Below are positions 48,802 through 58,859 of a stretch of 64,000 nt of DNA, one piece after another. The stretch lies in sequence record DRR723986_6897; one strand, written 5' to 3'. Within the stretch, counting starts at the first letter, position 1; the number at the start of each line of letters is the position of its first letter. The notes below the pieces were generated by a model. The model did no database searches. It saw only the letters and a program-made list of their open reading frames with translations, and had not been told where the DNA came from. The translations under genes were made by a program, and so were the position numbers.

Positions 48802-50850
48802 ATGGGCAATCGTTCGACGATCAATTCAATTGTTATTGCGGGTGCTGCAGTTATCGCGCTTACAGGCGGCTTGGTAAATGCCGCTGATGATGCTGAAAAT
48901 TCAAAGGTTCTTACCATTGACCATTTGGTTGGCATGCAAACCCCGCGCGATGTGCAGCTTAGCCCTGATGGTGATTGGGTCGCTTATGTTGTGAGCCGAA
49001 ACGATAGAGAGAAAGATCGTGGTTTTAGTCAAATATGGATGACATCGACAGACGGTAAAACCACTTTACCGATGACGGCTTCTTACGCCAGTGCATCAAG
49101 CCCCCGCTGGAACCCTGATGGCAGCACGCTGGCATTTATAGGCAGGCGTGGCAGCGACAAAGACGCTAAATCGCAAGTGTGGCTCTTGAACCGTATGGGG
49201 GGAGAGGCGCAGCAATATACTCATATTGAACAAGGGGTGTCGGGCTTTGCCTGGTCGCCGGACGGCACACGCATGGTGTTAAGCGTTCGTGACCCTGAGC
49301 CAAAGGCTGATGAAGATGATGAAGACAAAAAAGCCGCCAAAGACAGTCCCAAACCGTGGGTGATAGACCGCCTGCAGTTCAAGCGCGATTATGTTGGGTA
49401 TCTGGACCGCAGGCGCAGTCATTTTTATGTGTTTGACGGCAAAGGCGATGCCGAACAAATCACCTTTGGTGATTATGATGACCGTGATCCGCAATGGAGC
49501 CCAGACGGCACACACATTGCTTTTACATCCAAACGCGACGGTGACCCTGACGCCAATACCAATAGCGATATTTGGGTGGTAAGTGCAAAAAAAGGGTTAG
49601 AGGACCGCCCCCTTGTTCAAGTAACCACAAACAAGGGGCCAGACAGCAACCCGGCCTGGTCGCCGGACGGCAAAACCATTGCTTACACAACATCAGTTGA
49701 GGTGGAAAAATTTTGGTACGCCACAGATCATCTTGCGGTTATTGATGCCTCTGGCGGCGGGACAGCGCGTTTATTGACCCAAGAATATGATCGCATGGTC
49801 TCGAACCCTTCATTTTCCAACAACGGCAAATCTATCTATTTTACATCGGCAGACGGCGGCAACCGCCCCTTAATGAAAATAGATGTGCGTAGCGGCAAAA
49901 TGGAAACCATCACTGAAGGTGATGTGTCCGTGCGCGGCTTTGACATGCTGGGCAAAAATTTGATTGCAACCGTGCAAAGCAGCCATCATGCCCCTGCAGA
50001 TGTGGTGCTACTGAAAGGTTCCAAATCCGTTCAGGTAACATCATTAAATGCCGCGTTACTTGATGGTGTTGAACTGGGCAATGTTGAACGTTTGAAAGTT
50101 GCGGGTTGGAACGGCGATATGGTTGAAAGCTTCGTTTACTACCCGCCGGGGTATACCGCAGGCACCTCTTATCCAACCATATTTGTACTCCACGGCGGCC
50201 CCGTAGCCCAGCATGACGCCAGCTTTGATGCTTGGGGCCAATTATATGCCGCCAATGGTTACATTGCCGTGCTGCCAAACCCGCATGGCTCCAGTGGATA
50301 CGGCCAAGCTTTCACCTACGCCCTTAACCGCCAATGGGGGGTGCCCGATTTTGCCGATGTAGATGCAGTAGCAGAGCATATGGTAAATGCGGGCATAAGT
50401 GACCCTGAAAAGCTGGGCGTTGGGGGTTGGTCTTACGGGGGCATTTTAACCAATTATGTCATTACAAAGTCTGACCGCTTTGCGGGTGCTGTAACTGGTG
50501 CCAGTGTGGTGAACCATTTGGCTAATTACGGTCATGATATGTACCAAAATACATGGGAGGCCGAATTTGGTTTCCCGTGGGAGCAAAATGATGATCTGGA
50601 TGCCATCGACATTTTCAGTAAACTTGGCAATGTAACAACGCCTACTTTGGTGATGGGCGGCAAAGAAGACTGGAACGTGCCCATCCAAAACTCTGAGCAG
50701 ATATATCAGGTGTTAAAGCGCCGGGGTATTGATACACAGCTAGTGGTGTACCCTGGTGAGCATCATGGTTTCCGCCGTCCCAGTTTTCAGGTTGACCGCT
50801 ATAAGCGTTTTCTGGGCTGGTTTAAAAAATATGTGAAAGGTGAAGAATGA
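48802..50850 (+). CDS. Exported S9 family peptidase (PD40 propeller + catalytic domain)
   Basis: WSPDG repeats, HGGP, GWSYGG, D..V, YPGEHH. Confidence 0.93.
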   Translation: MGNRSTINSIVIAGAAVIALTGGLVNAADDAENSKVLTIDHLVGMQTPRDVQLSPDGDWVAYVVSRNDREKDRGFSQIWMTSTDGKTTLPMTASYASASSPRWNPDGSTLAFIGRRGSDKDAKSQVWLLNRMGGEAQQYTHIEQGVSGFAWSPDGTRMVLSVRDPEPKADEDDEDKKAAKDSPKPWVIDRLQFKRDYVGYLDRRRSHFYVFDGKGDAEQITFGDYDDRDPQWSPDGTHIAFTSKRDGDPDANTNSDIWVVSAKKGLEDRPLVQVTTNKGPDSNPAWSPDGKTIAYTTSVEVEKFWYATDHLAVIDASGGGTARLLTQEYDRMVSNPSFSNNGKSIYFTSADGGNRPLMKIDVRSGKMETITEGDVSVRGFDMLGKNLIATVQSSHHAPADVVLLKGSKSVQVTSLNAALLDGVELGNVERLKVAGWNGDMVESFVYYPPGYTAGTSYPTIFVLHGGPVAQHDASFDAWGQLYAANGYIAVLPNPHGSSGYGQAFTYALNRQWGVPDFADVDAVAEHMVNAGISDPEKLGVGGWSYGGILTNYVITKSDRFAGAVTGASVVNHLANYGHDMYQNTWEAEFGFPWEQNDDLDAIDIFSKLGNVTTPTLVMGGKEDWNVPIQNSEQIYQVLKRRGIDTQLVVYPGEHHGFRRPSFQVDRYKRFLGWFKKYVKGEE

Positions 50851-51359
50851 AATACGCAGCATTTATAGCAATGATGCTTGGAATGGCGTTTGCTGTTCAG
50901 GCGCAAGACACAACCCCAGAGCAGCGAATAGCTGCAGCGGGGCATACACTGCCATCGGTTTCAGCCCCGGTTGCTAACTATGTAAAATGGCGTCGGGCGG
51001 GGAATATTTTGTACTTGTCTGGCCACGGAGAGTGCGGCGATGCGCTCACAGGCAAACTCGGTGCAGGACTAACTGTGCAGCAGGGGTATGATAGCGCCCA
51101 GCGCGTGGGTCTATGCATGCTGGCCACAATCAAAAGTGCCGTTGGAGACCTTTCTGAAGTGAAACAGGTGTTGCAAATTATGGGCATGGTGAATGCCAGC
51201 CCTGACTTCACCCAGCAACCACAAGTAATCAATGGCTTCTCTGACTTGTTTGTTGTGGCGTTTGGCGATGAGGGCAAGGGTGCGCGCGCGGCCGTTGGCA
51301 TGGGCAGCTTGCCAAGTGGCATTGCGGTTGAAATTAGTGCTGTGGTTGAACTTAACTAG
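50847..51359 (+). CDS. RidA/YjgF family protein with signal peptide
   Basis: PVANYV, LSGHG, VINGFSDL, ARAAVG..LP; ATGA overlap with the peptidase. Confidence 0.88.
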   Translation: MKYAAFIAMMLGMAFAVQAQDTTPEQRIAAAGHTLPSVSAPVANYVKWRRAGNILYLSGHGECGDALTGKLGAGLTVQQGYDSAQRVGLCMLATIKSAVGDLSEVKQVLQIMGMVNASPDFTQQPQVINGFSDLFVVAFGDEGKGARAAVGMGSLPSGIAVEISAVVELN

Positions 51360-53066
51360 TTAGCCAGGCACCACATCGAATGCAACAGTTGTCCGGCGCT
51401 TGCCGGCTTCAATAGGCACGGTGCCATGCAGCATGTAGGAAGGAAACAGCACCAGGCGGCCTGGCACCGGTTTAACAAGCCGGTGGGGGCCTGTGTTGTT
51501 GGGGTCGAAGTATGCGTCCCCAAATTTTAACCAGCCTTCGTGGTTCTTATCGTCTAATTCTGGCGGTACTTCCACATAGTAAACCGAGCTAATCCAACCG
51601 GAGGTGTGCACATGGTCATGGTGATAGCCTTCATCGCTTAGCTGCACACTCCAAGACCCTGAAAACTCAAAGGCGTCAGTAATTCGGTTGCGAAATTCAG
51701 CGGGTCCAACATCGCGCAAATGCTGGATATATTGATTGATATATCCTTTTAGTTGATTTTCCAGCTGGTTAATTTCATTGCTTTTTTTGTTGAAAAGCAT
51801 GCCGTGCGTTTGGGTGCCGTGGACAAGCGTTTGATCAATCGGTGCTGTTTCGGCCAAATGGTGTTCTTGCAGTGCCTTCAGCAAAGCGGCGTTGAAGTCT
51901 GCCTGCGTGGAAAAGCCAGACGGCGGGTCCACTTCATAAACCTGAACCAGGTCTTCACAGTTATTAACGCGCTCGGCTTCGGCGGCATTAACGTGAATGT
52001 TCGCTGTTGATAAGAACATCAAGCATTCTTGGTCTGCACTATCAATGGCTTTGCATTCGGACAAAACCTTTACCGCACGTTCATAATGCTGTGCACCGAT
52101 TAAAGTGCGACCGTATGCTTTCAGCATGTTCACGTCGGTCGGGTCCAACTCGTAAGCATTTGCATAAAGCGGCAGGGCATCGAAGCTTGGGTCTAATTGC
52201 TGTTTTACATTTGCCAGCTCTGCATAAACCCGCGCGTTGGGGCCAAATATTTCCAGGCACTCTTCCAGTTGCTTTGCTGCGTCATCCAGCTTGCCTGCTA
52301 GAATGCGAAAATAGGCAAACCGTAATCGCATGATCAGCAAGCTGGGCAATGTTTCAATTGCGCGTTCGAAGCTCTTTAAGAAATTGGTATGTTCGCCGTG
52401 TTCCCAAAGGGCCTTGTTAAGGGTGTCGTGGGCATCAATGTAATGCCGCTTGATCACTACAGCCCTTTCATAATGGGTAAGTGCTTTACTGATATTGCCA
52501 GCATCATAATATGCGTTGCCGGCCAGCAAGTAGGCCTCGGCGTCTTTGCAGCCCGCGTTCAAGCATCTTTCGTGACATAATATGGCATCGTCCAATCGCC
52601 CCATTAGGCGAAGCACTTCACCCAGATACGACAAGCCGATAGCGTCTGGTTGCATTTTTAATGCAGCTTGAATGATCGACCCTGCGTTGTCCAATGACCC
52701 CACCGACATCATGGCAAGGCCAACAATTAGAAGAAGGTTAGGGTTTGTGCCAAAGTTTGTAGTGCTATCGTTAACAATTTTAATGGCTTCATCTGGGCGG
52801 TTGCAATATAGCTCGGCGCGTGCGGCGCAGGCTACATTCGTGAGAGAGCTTTTGTTTTCATTATAGCTTGCAAGCGCAACAGCAGAGGCCAAATCCCGCG
52901 CCTGAATATCAATGAGCATATCAATGAAGGCTTTATGCTCAACGGCGGTGGGCCTAAATGTGCCTTGCTTGAAGGTGGCTATTGCCTCTATTTCATGGCC
53001 ACGCCCAACAGCATGCAGCATACGCTGGCAACCTTCGGAAAAGTTACCGTCAAAAACCTGTTCCAC
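51360..53066 (-). CDS. TPR protein with C-terminal putative 2OG-Fe(II) oxygenase domain
   Basis: TPRs; WSV.L..GYH..HVH..GWISSVYYV, LVLFPSY..HGT, RTTVAFD. Confidence 0.88.
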   Translation of the reverse strand: MEQVFDGNFSEGCQRMLHAVGRGHEIEAIATFKQGTFRPTAVEHKAFIDMLIDIQARDLASAVALASYNENKSSLTNVACAARAELYCNRPDEAIKIVNDSTTNFGTNPNLLLIVGLAMMSVGSLDNAGSIIQAALKMQPDAIGLSYLGEVLRLMGRLDDAILCHERCLNAGCKDAEAYLLAGNAYYDAGNISKALTHYERAVVIKRHYIDAHDTLNKALWEHGEHTNFLKSFERAIETLPSLLIMRLRFAYFRILAGKLDDAAKQLEECLEIFGPNARVYAELANVKQQLDPSFDALPLYANAYELDPTDVNMLKAYGRTLIGAQHYERAVKVLSECKAIDSADQECLMFLSTANIHVNAAEAERVNNCEDLVQVYEVDPPSGFSTQADFNAALLKALQEHHLAETAPIDQTLVHGTQTHGMLFNKKSNEINQLENQLKGYINQYIQHLRDVGPAEFRNRITDAFEFSGSWSVQLSDEGYHHDHVHTSGWISSVYYVEVPPELDDKNHEGWLKFGDAYFDPNNTGPHRLVKPVPGRLVLFPSYMLHGTVPIEAGKRRTTVAFDVVPG

Positions 53067-53259
53067 GCCCCACTCCGTTACTCACCCAAGACAAACTTAT
53101 TGTATAAACGTTAGTCGTTACTAAGCAAGTACCGATGGTTTTGCCGGGGACGAATTAACAGTTTTATCGACCAAATTAGGATGTTTTTACGCCGAAAAGT
53201 GACTCTTAGGCAGTAAAAAACTGACAATCAGACACCTAAGCGAAAGATGATATACAAAG

Positions 53260-53287
53260 AAAAACCTGACGCCCATAGGCGTCAGGT
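53260..53287 (-). terminator. Rho-independent terminator after the DUF305/LVIVD gene
   Basis: acctgacgcc-tatg-ggcgtcaggt followed by a T-tract on the minus strand. Confidence 0.85.
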
Positions 53288-53318
53288 CTAATCGTTGGTT
53301 TATTGCTGTAGCTGTTGC

Positions 53319-55754
53319 TTAACGAAGTCGCGCAGCGATGGCGTTCAATGTTTCGCCAAGCGCTATAAGCCTTTCCTGTGTTTTAGCGTTTTCGCCTCCA
53401 GAAGCAAGGTCTGTAGCCAGTGCTTTCAATTGATTTGCAGCACGACGGTTACGATCACCGCTTTCAAGGCTGGCCTCAGAGTTATCAAGCGCCTCATTCA
53501 AGTTGGCAACATCAGCCTTTGTCAGGGCATTGCTGCGCTGAAGCTGGTCCATATAGGCGCGAGCAATTACCGGCTCGGCAGGCCAACTGACCGTGAATTG
53601 TTGCTGCGGGTTAAACACTTTCCCTTGGTCGGCAATCGTTGCGGCTTCAATTTCATTGGCGGTCAAATACTCGCTAGGTAGCAGGGCCATAACATCCAGG
53701 CCGCGCACAATTTCAGTGCCGTAAATTTTGCCCTTGTACCAATAGGTTGACCAGAAACCGCCGGTCACCAACACGTCTTCATGAATCGGTCCTCGGTCAA
53801 AGAAAGCAATTTCAACCGGGTTTGCAGAATCGGTGAAGTCAATCACAGACAGGCCGCCCTGGTACCAAGCTTGCACGAAGATGTCTCGGCCCGGTACTGG
53901 CAGCGCAGAACCATTATGCGCCACACAATTTTCAGTTTCTGACTGCGGAGCAGGCAACTTAAAGCGGCCTTTATATTCCAGCTTGCGATCAACGATGTCA
54001 TAGAACACATCAGCGCCCCATGTTTTAGGGTCATGCGCCAAGCAGCGCGGACGTCCGCCGCCGCCCCACTCGTCGGTAAACAATACCTTGGTGCCGTCAT
54101 TGTTGAAGGTGGCAGAGTGCCAATAAGCAAAACCGGGGTCTGTTACCGCGTCAATGCGGGTTGGGTTCAGCGGGTCAGAAATATCAAAGATAATGCCGTT
54201 ACCCGAGCAGGCCCCTGCGGCAATTTTGGCGGCTGGGAATACCGTAATATCGTGGCATTGGTCTGTTTCGCTGGTTTCCTGTGTGTTGTCACCGTGGTCA
54301 CCGCCTTGCCACAAACCGCCAAGCCTGCCGGTTTCGGGGTCTGCAAATACGGCTGGGCTGCTTACAATGCGAGACTGCGACGGGTCATCAACCGGAATTT
54401 CAATAACGTCAATGCGGAACAGAGCGGTTCTTTCATCACCCGGCACTCGGCCGACGCAGCCGGCCAGCTCCTCTTCGCTGCGCACAGAAGACGTGCCTGA
54501 GTTATAGACAATGATTTTGCCGTCTGTGCCTGGCCCGGACACAACCGAATGGGTGTGGGAGCCGCGGCATGTTTGCACCTGACCAACCTGCCTTGGTCGT
54601 CTTAGGTCGCTAATGTCAAAAATACGAAGGCCGCGGAAACGATCAGCACTGACATCTTCGCTGATACCTTGCAGGCCGCAATCAACCCGGCCGCGGGTCT
54701 GCTCCACTGACATGATCAGCAAGTCACCAACAATGGAGATGTCTCCTTGTCCGCCGGGGCAAACGACAGAACTATAGAGTTTGGGCATACCGTCATCTTG
54801 CAGTTGGTATACGTTGAACCCATGATAGCTGCCCACAACCAGTTTATCGCCAGCGAAGGCCATGTCGGTGTTGGAAAAGCTCATGAACGGCGAGCGTTCA
54901 CCGCGTTGAACTTCTTGTTCTTCGCCGCTCTCATCTGCATCGGTATCATCGGCTTCAATAACCGGGGGCAGGTCGGACGGATTGTTAGGGTCAAAAAATC
55001 CGGCAGGGCGGGGTAGCGTGGTCACAAGCTCAACATTCATTGCGGCCTCGCCCGCATCCCGGAACCCGGCTTTCAGGCCTGCGCGCGGATCATCTGACAA
55101 TCCAACCAGCAGTGTCGTCATGCGCTTGATTTCAGATGTTTGGTCGTTGGTAATGTCGCTAACAAATTCATACAAAATGGGATCGTAGGCCGAGCCAGAT
55201 TGACTTAGCAGGTCGTTCACCATGGTGATTGCGCCTTTATGGTGGGCAATCATTAATTCAAGAAACATACGGTCAAAATCGGTAGCAGTTGCCTCAGCTA
55301 ATGCTGCCATTTGCGCAGGAGAAGCCATGCCAGCCATATCATGTGACATGTGCATGGCGTGATGCGCGGTTGGTGTGGGTTTGGCCTCGCCGCGCGCTTC
55401 AAGCCACTCTTGCATAAATTTAATTTCGTCTGCCTGCGAGGCATCAATGCGTCCGGCGATATCAATCAGTTCTGTTGTATTGGTGCGGTCTGCGACGAGC
55501 GCAGCCATTTGCACAGCTTGGTTATGGTGCGGGATCATATCCTGCATAAAGCGCACATCGGCGCTGGAATAGCTGTTGTTGGCGATCTCAATGGCTTTTT
55601 TTGCATCAAGCGCTTGTGCGGGCTTGCCCGGCGCACCCGGTTGCACAATGGGTGCGTCCTGCGCTGCAGCCATGCCTGCGTGTGCCATTAACGCCATGCT
55701 AACAGTTGCAGTTAAACAATATTTGCGAAAACCGTTTGTTTGAAATCTGATCAT
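53319..55754 (-). CDS. Exported DUF305 + LVIVD-repeat protein
   Basis: FMQDMIPHHNQA, FLELMIAHHKGA; then GSHTH, CHDI, WHSA, CVAHN propeller region. Confidence 0.85.
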   Translation of the reverse strand: MIRFQTNGFRKYCLTATVSMALMAHAGMAAAQDAPIVQPGAPGKPAQALDAKKAIEIANNSYSSADVRFMQDMIPHHNQAVQMAALVADRTNTTELIDIAGRIDASQADEIKFMQEWLEARGEAKPTPTAHHAMHMSHDMAGMASPAQMAALAEATATDFDRMFLELMIAHHKGAITMVNDLLSQSGSAYDPILYEFVSDITNDQTSEIKRMTTLLVGLSDDPRAGLKAGFRDAGEAAMNVELVTTLPRPAGFFDPNNPSDLPPVIEADDTDADESGEEQEVQRGERSPFMSFSNTDMAFAGDKLVVGSYHGFNVYQLQDDGMPKLYSSVVCPGGQGDISIVGDLLIMSVEQTRGRVDCGLQGISEDVSADRFRGLRIFDISDLRRPRQVGQVQTCRGSHTHSVVSGPGTDGKIIVYNSGTSSVRSEEELAGCVGRVPGDERTALFRIDVIEIPVDDPSQSRIVSSPAVFADPETGRLGGLWQGGDHGDNTQETSETDQCHDITVFPAAKIAAGACSGNGIIFDISDPLNPTRIDAVTDPGFAYWHSATFNNDGTKVLFTDEWGGGGRPRCLAHDPKTWGADVFYDIVDRKLEYKGRFKLPAPQSETENCVAHNGSALPVPGRDIFVQAWYQGGLSVIDFTDSANPVEIAFFDRGPIHEDVLVTGGFWSTYWYKGKIYGTEIVRGLDVMALLPSEYLTANEIEAATIADQGKVFNPQQQFTVSWPAEPVIARAYMDQLQRSNALTKADVANLNEALDNSEASLESGDRNRRAANQLKALATDLASGGENAKTQERLIALGETLNAIAARLR

Positions 55755-55861
55755 TGGACGTGTCCCTTTAAACCTAAGTTTGACCCAGTTCACACGTTAC
55801 CCGATTTTGCCAAAAAGGCAAAAAGGATGGTGTTTAGCTTCTTGCTCGGCGCTCACTCCAT

Positions 55862-55904
55862 TTGTCCGGACAAGAAAGAGGGCGCATAATCTCGTGTCCT
55901 GACA
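55862..55904 (+). promoter_or_regulatory. Promoter bracketed by two TGTCC(G/T)GACA palindromes
   Basis: TTGTCCGGACAA 55862-55873 and TGTCCTGACA 55895-55904; TTGTCC-N17-CATAAT promoter geometry. Confidence 0.65.
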
Positions 55905-55984
55905 GCTTATTTCTCGCAAAATGTATTGCGGTTCAACATATTTGTTGCATCAAAAAATAAACGATCAAAACGCGAGGAAACAAA

Positions 55985-57127
55985 ATGAAAAAAGCAATGA
56001 CAGTCGCCCTTATGGGCGCAAGCCTCTTCAGTGGTGCTGCACAGGCATATAAGGGTATGGAAAACCTAAATATTGAGGCCATTTGCGCCAGCGAGGCCAT
56101 CGAATGTTTGATGAGCGATGCGGGCGTCGTGGTTGGTAGGCCCGGCTCAACAGCTGCATATTCAGCAGGCATCGATAGAGCCGCCGCTAGCTTTGAGCGG
56201 TTTTTTGGCAGTGAAGCACCTAAGGCGGCGGTAGTGTTGGGTGAAGTGGCAGATGCCGACATTCGTAGCAGTTTGTTGGAAGCTTATCCGGTTGTGTTGC
56301 CATGGCTCACCATTAAAGACCGCGAAGCTATGGTAGCTAGCGGTGTGCGCGCGGAGGTTTTGCGGCAATATCCTGATATTGACGAAGCAACGCTTGAGGC
56401 CACAGTGGCGCGGTCGGTGAAGGCCACCTTGAATGCAAGTAGTCCCGGTGCAGGTGCAGAAGGTGTCCATGGCAGTGGTGCGGATGATGTGCACCAAGGT
56501 GTATTCGCGCACGAGCTTGGCCATTTGTATTTCATTGAAACCTTCTGGCCGGAAGAGAATTTGAATGTGCTTGATACTCATGCAGGCGACGTATCCCGCT
56601 ATGCCGGCCCCGGTCCCGACTGGCTGGACGAGATGGCAGCCGTACTAATGGAAAATAAAGCGCTGACAAGGGGCAGGGAGGCTGGCCTTAAAACCGTTTC
56701 AGAAAGCGCTGATTTTGGCGCCATATGGCCGCTTAAAACTTACTTCACCATGGGTCATCCGGCGTTTGAGCAAGCTCGTGCTTTGATAGAAGCGCGACAG
56801 AAAACCGCCGCAGGCAGGGCACAAGGCAATGTGGTCATCCTGTCACGGGAGGACTTGAACACTCGCGATGATGGTCGCAACGCAGCAATGTTTTACTCAC
56901 AGTCTCGCGGGTTTGCAGACTATATGATTGAGACCACAAACAACGAGCAGATTTTTGCAGAAATTGCTAGGTATATTGCTGATGGCGCCAGCATGGAGAG
57001 TTGGCTACAAAAGTTTGGCGCATCGCATGGTCTAGTGAAAACCGTTCCAGCGCTTGAGGCTGATTTTCAGATGTGGCTAAAGGAACGATATAGCGACAGC
57101 GAAACTAGTTTGAATAGTCATACCTAG
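55985..57127 (+). CDS. Secreted putative zinc metallopeptidase (gluzincin-like)
   Basis: Signal peptide; AHELGH, PDWLDEMAA, FYSQS. Confidence 0.75.
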   Translation: MKKAMTVALMGASLFSGAAQAYKGMENLNIEAICASEAIECLMSDAGVVVGRPGSTAAYSAGIDRAAASFERFFGSEAPKAAVVLGEVADADIRSSLLEAYPVVLPWLTIKDREAMVASGVRAEVLRQYPDIDEATLEATVARSVKATLNASSPGAGAEGVHGSGADDVHQGVFAHELGHLYFIETFWPEENLNVLDTHAGDVSRYAGPGPDWLDEMAAVLMENKALTRGREAGLKTVSESADFGAIWPLKTYFTMGHPAFEQARALIEARQKTAAGRAQGNVVILSREDLNTRDDGRNAAMFYSQSRGFADYMIETTNNEQIFAEIARYIADGASMESWLQKFGASHGLVKTVPALEADFQMWLKERYSDSETSLNSHT

Positions 57128-57789
57128 TCGGGCTTTGATGCCTTGGTCGCCGTATCTGGCACAGTGAGCGCATCGATTAATCGGGCCAATCTGGCTTGGT
57201 CTTCGGTGCCGACATGAGACGGTATGCCAGCACGTTTTAAAAAGGCCCGGCGCTCCTTGGGCGTCAGGCCCGGTGGTATCACGATAACCTGTTCGCCTCT
57301 GCCGTCTGCGCGTTCCGGGTGGTCACCGCGCACCTCAATCAATACTTGAGCAAGGTTATCAACCTCACCAGCTTCAATGCGCCCATTGTCGTTTCGGTCA
57401 CCGGTTTTAAGTAGCCAGTCAATGGTTTCTTTATTGGCTGTATTTTCAGCATCTGCGGCTGTAATGGCACCGTCGTCATTTTGGTCAAAGTAGCGCACAA
57501 CCCGCTCCCCGGTGCTGGCGGGCCTAGTTTCTTGTTGAACTAGAAAGACACCGACCGCCGTTAGGCTGGCCGTTAAAACCAGACCCAAACCAATCACCAA
57601 CCATGTTCTGTTCGCCTCACGGCTATTCGGGTGCAGGACGCCGCCGATATAATTCCGTATGGCATGGCTTGCGGTGGTGCCTGCATTGCGGCAAGCTTCC
57701 ATAAATGCCAGTTTTTCCGTGTAGGAAACGCGCACCTCAATGGTTTCGCTTTTCTTCTCTGACCTAGTTGGTTTTGTGTCTTCGTTCAT
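57124..57789 (-). CDS. RHH-like domain + TM + EF-hand pair protein
   Basis: KKSETIEVRVSYTEKLAFMEAC...TASHAIRNYI; TM; DQNDDGAITAAD and DRNDNGRIEAGE. Confidence 0.75.
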   Translation of the reverse strand: MNEDTKPTRSEKKSETIEVRVSYTEKLAFMEACRNAGTTASHAIRNYIGGVLHPNSREANRTWLVIGLGLVLTASLTAVGVFLVQQETRPASTGERVVRYFDQNDDGAITAADAENTANKETIDWLLKTGDRNDNGRIEAGEVDNLAQVLIEVRGDHPERADGRGEQVIVIPPGLTPKERRAFLKRAGIPSHVGTEDQARLARLIDALTVPDTATKASKPD

Positions 57790-57930
57790 GGACAAAGTTT
57801 GTACCAACGAACCATTTGGTTGCCAAGGGTTGTTGGCGAAGACATGCAATGACACCCTGAAAATATGCCCTTTTGTTGTATACACTTTGTTACATCAATA
57901 TATGCTGTGCGTATATTTGAAGTAGGCGAG

Positions 57931-58785
57931 ATGAAAGACCCAACAATGCAAAACCATGTTGAACCAGACCAAGATGAAACATCATTGCAGGATGATGATC
58001 AGCAAGTTGCAATAGCCAAGCGAGTACGTCCTGCAGATGTTTATGATGCAATTCTTGAGGAAGGCGAGGAAGAGCTGGAACGCGGATTTGGTGCTCTATG
58101 GTGGTCTGGTATTGCCGCTGGTCTTTCAATGGGGTTTTCTGTCGTTGCATCTGCAGCTCTGGCCGCAGCACTTGGGCATGATGCTTGGGTTCATCCCATC
58201 GTGAGCATCGGCTACACAGCTGGTTTTATTATCGTCATTTTGGCGCGGCAGCAGCTATTCACGGAAAACACCATTACGGCACTTCTCCCGGTCATCACCC
58301 ATCATTCCTGGGCAACTATGATTCATATGTTGCGATTGTGGGGCATTGTGTTTGTGGCAAATATTGTTGGCGCAATTGTTTTTGCTTGGGCAACGCAATT
58401 GAATGCCTTGTTTGCACCAGAAATCAGAGCAGAATTCCTGATACTGGGAGAGCATCTATTTGAAAATTCACGCTTGCAAATGTTTGTTAAAGGCATTGCG
58501 GCAGGATGGCTTATTGCTGCATTGGTTTGGGTTATTCCATCTTTACAAGGGGGGAAGTTCTTGGTGATCATGTTTTTTACTTGGCTCATTGCGTTGGGCG
58601 GGTTTACGCATATTATCGCAGGTTCAATCGAGAGCTTTCACATGCTTTTTGTCGGCGCCATAACCCCAAATCAATTAGTCTTTGATTTCATGCTGCCTAC
58701 ATTGCTTGGCAATATCGTTGGCGGTAGTGCGATTTTTTCTCTTATCAGTTATGCACAGGTGCGCCGCGAAGTTGATGCATTATGA
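57931..58785 (+). CDS. Formate/nitrite transporter family protein (YfdC-like)
   Basis: EGEEELER, AAGLSMGFS, QLFTENT, HIIAGS, LLGNIVGG. Confidence 0.9.
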   Translation: MKDPTMQNHVEPDQDETSLQDDDQQVAIAKRVRPADVYDAILEEGEEELERGFGALWWSGIAAGLSMGFSVVASAALAAALGHDAWVHPIVSIGYTAGFIIVILARQQLFTENTITALLPVITHHSWATMIHMLRLWGIVFVANIVGAIVFAWATQLNALFAPEIRAEFLILGEHLFENSRLQMFVKGIAAGWLIAALVWVIPSLQGGKFLVIMFFTWLIALGGFTHIIAGSIESFHMLFVGAITPNQLVFDFMLPTLLGNIVGGSAIFSLISYAQVRREVDAL

Positions 58786-58859
58786 ATATTCAATTGTCAC
58801 ATCGGAAAGTAAGTTAACAGACCAAAACAGCAAGATGGCGATACAATATAGATAATTAT

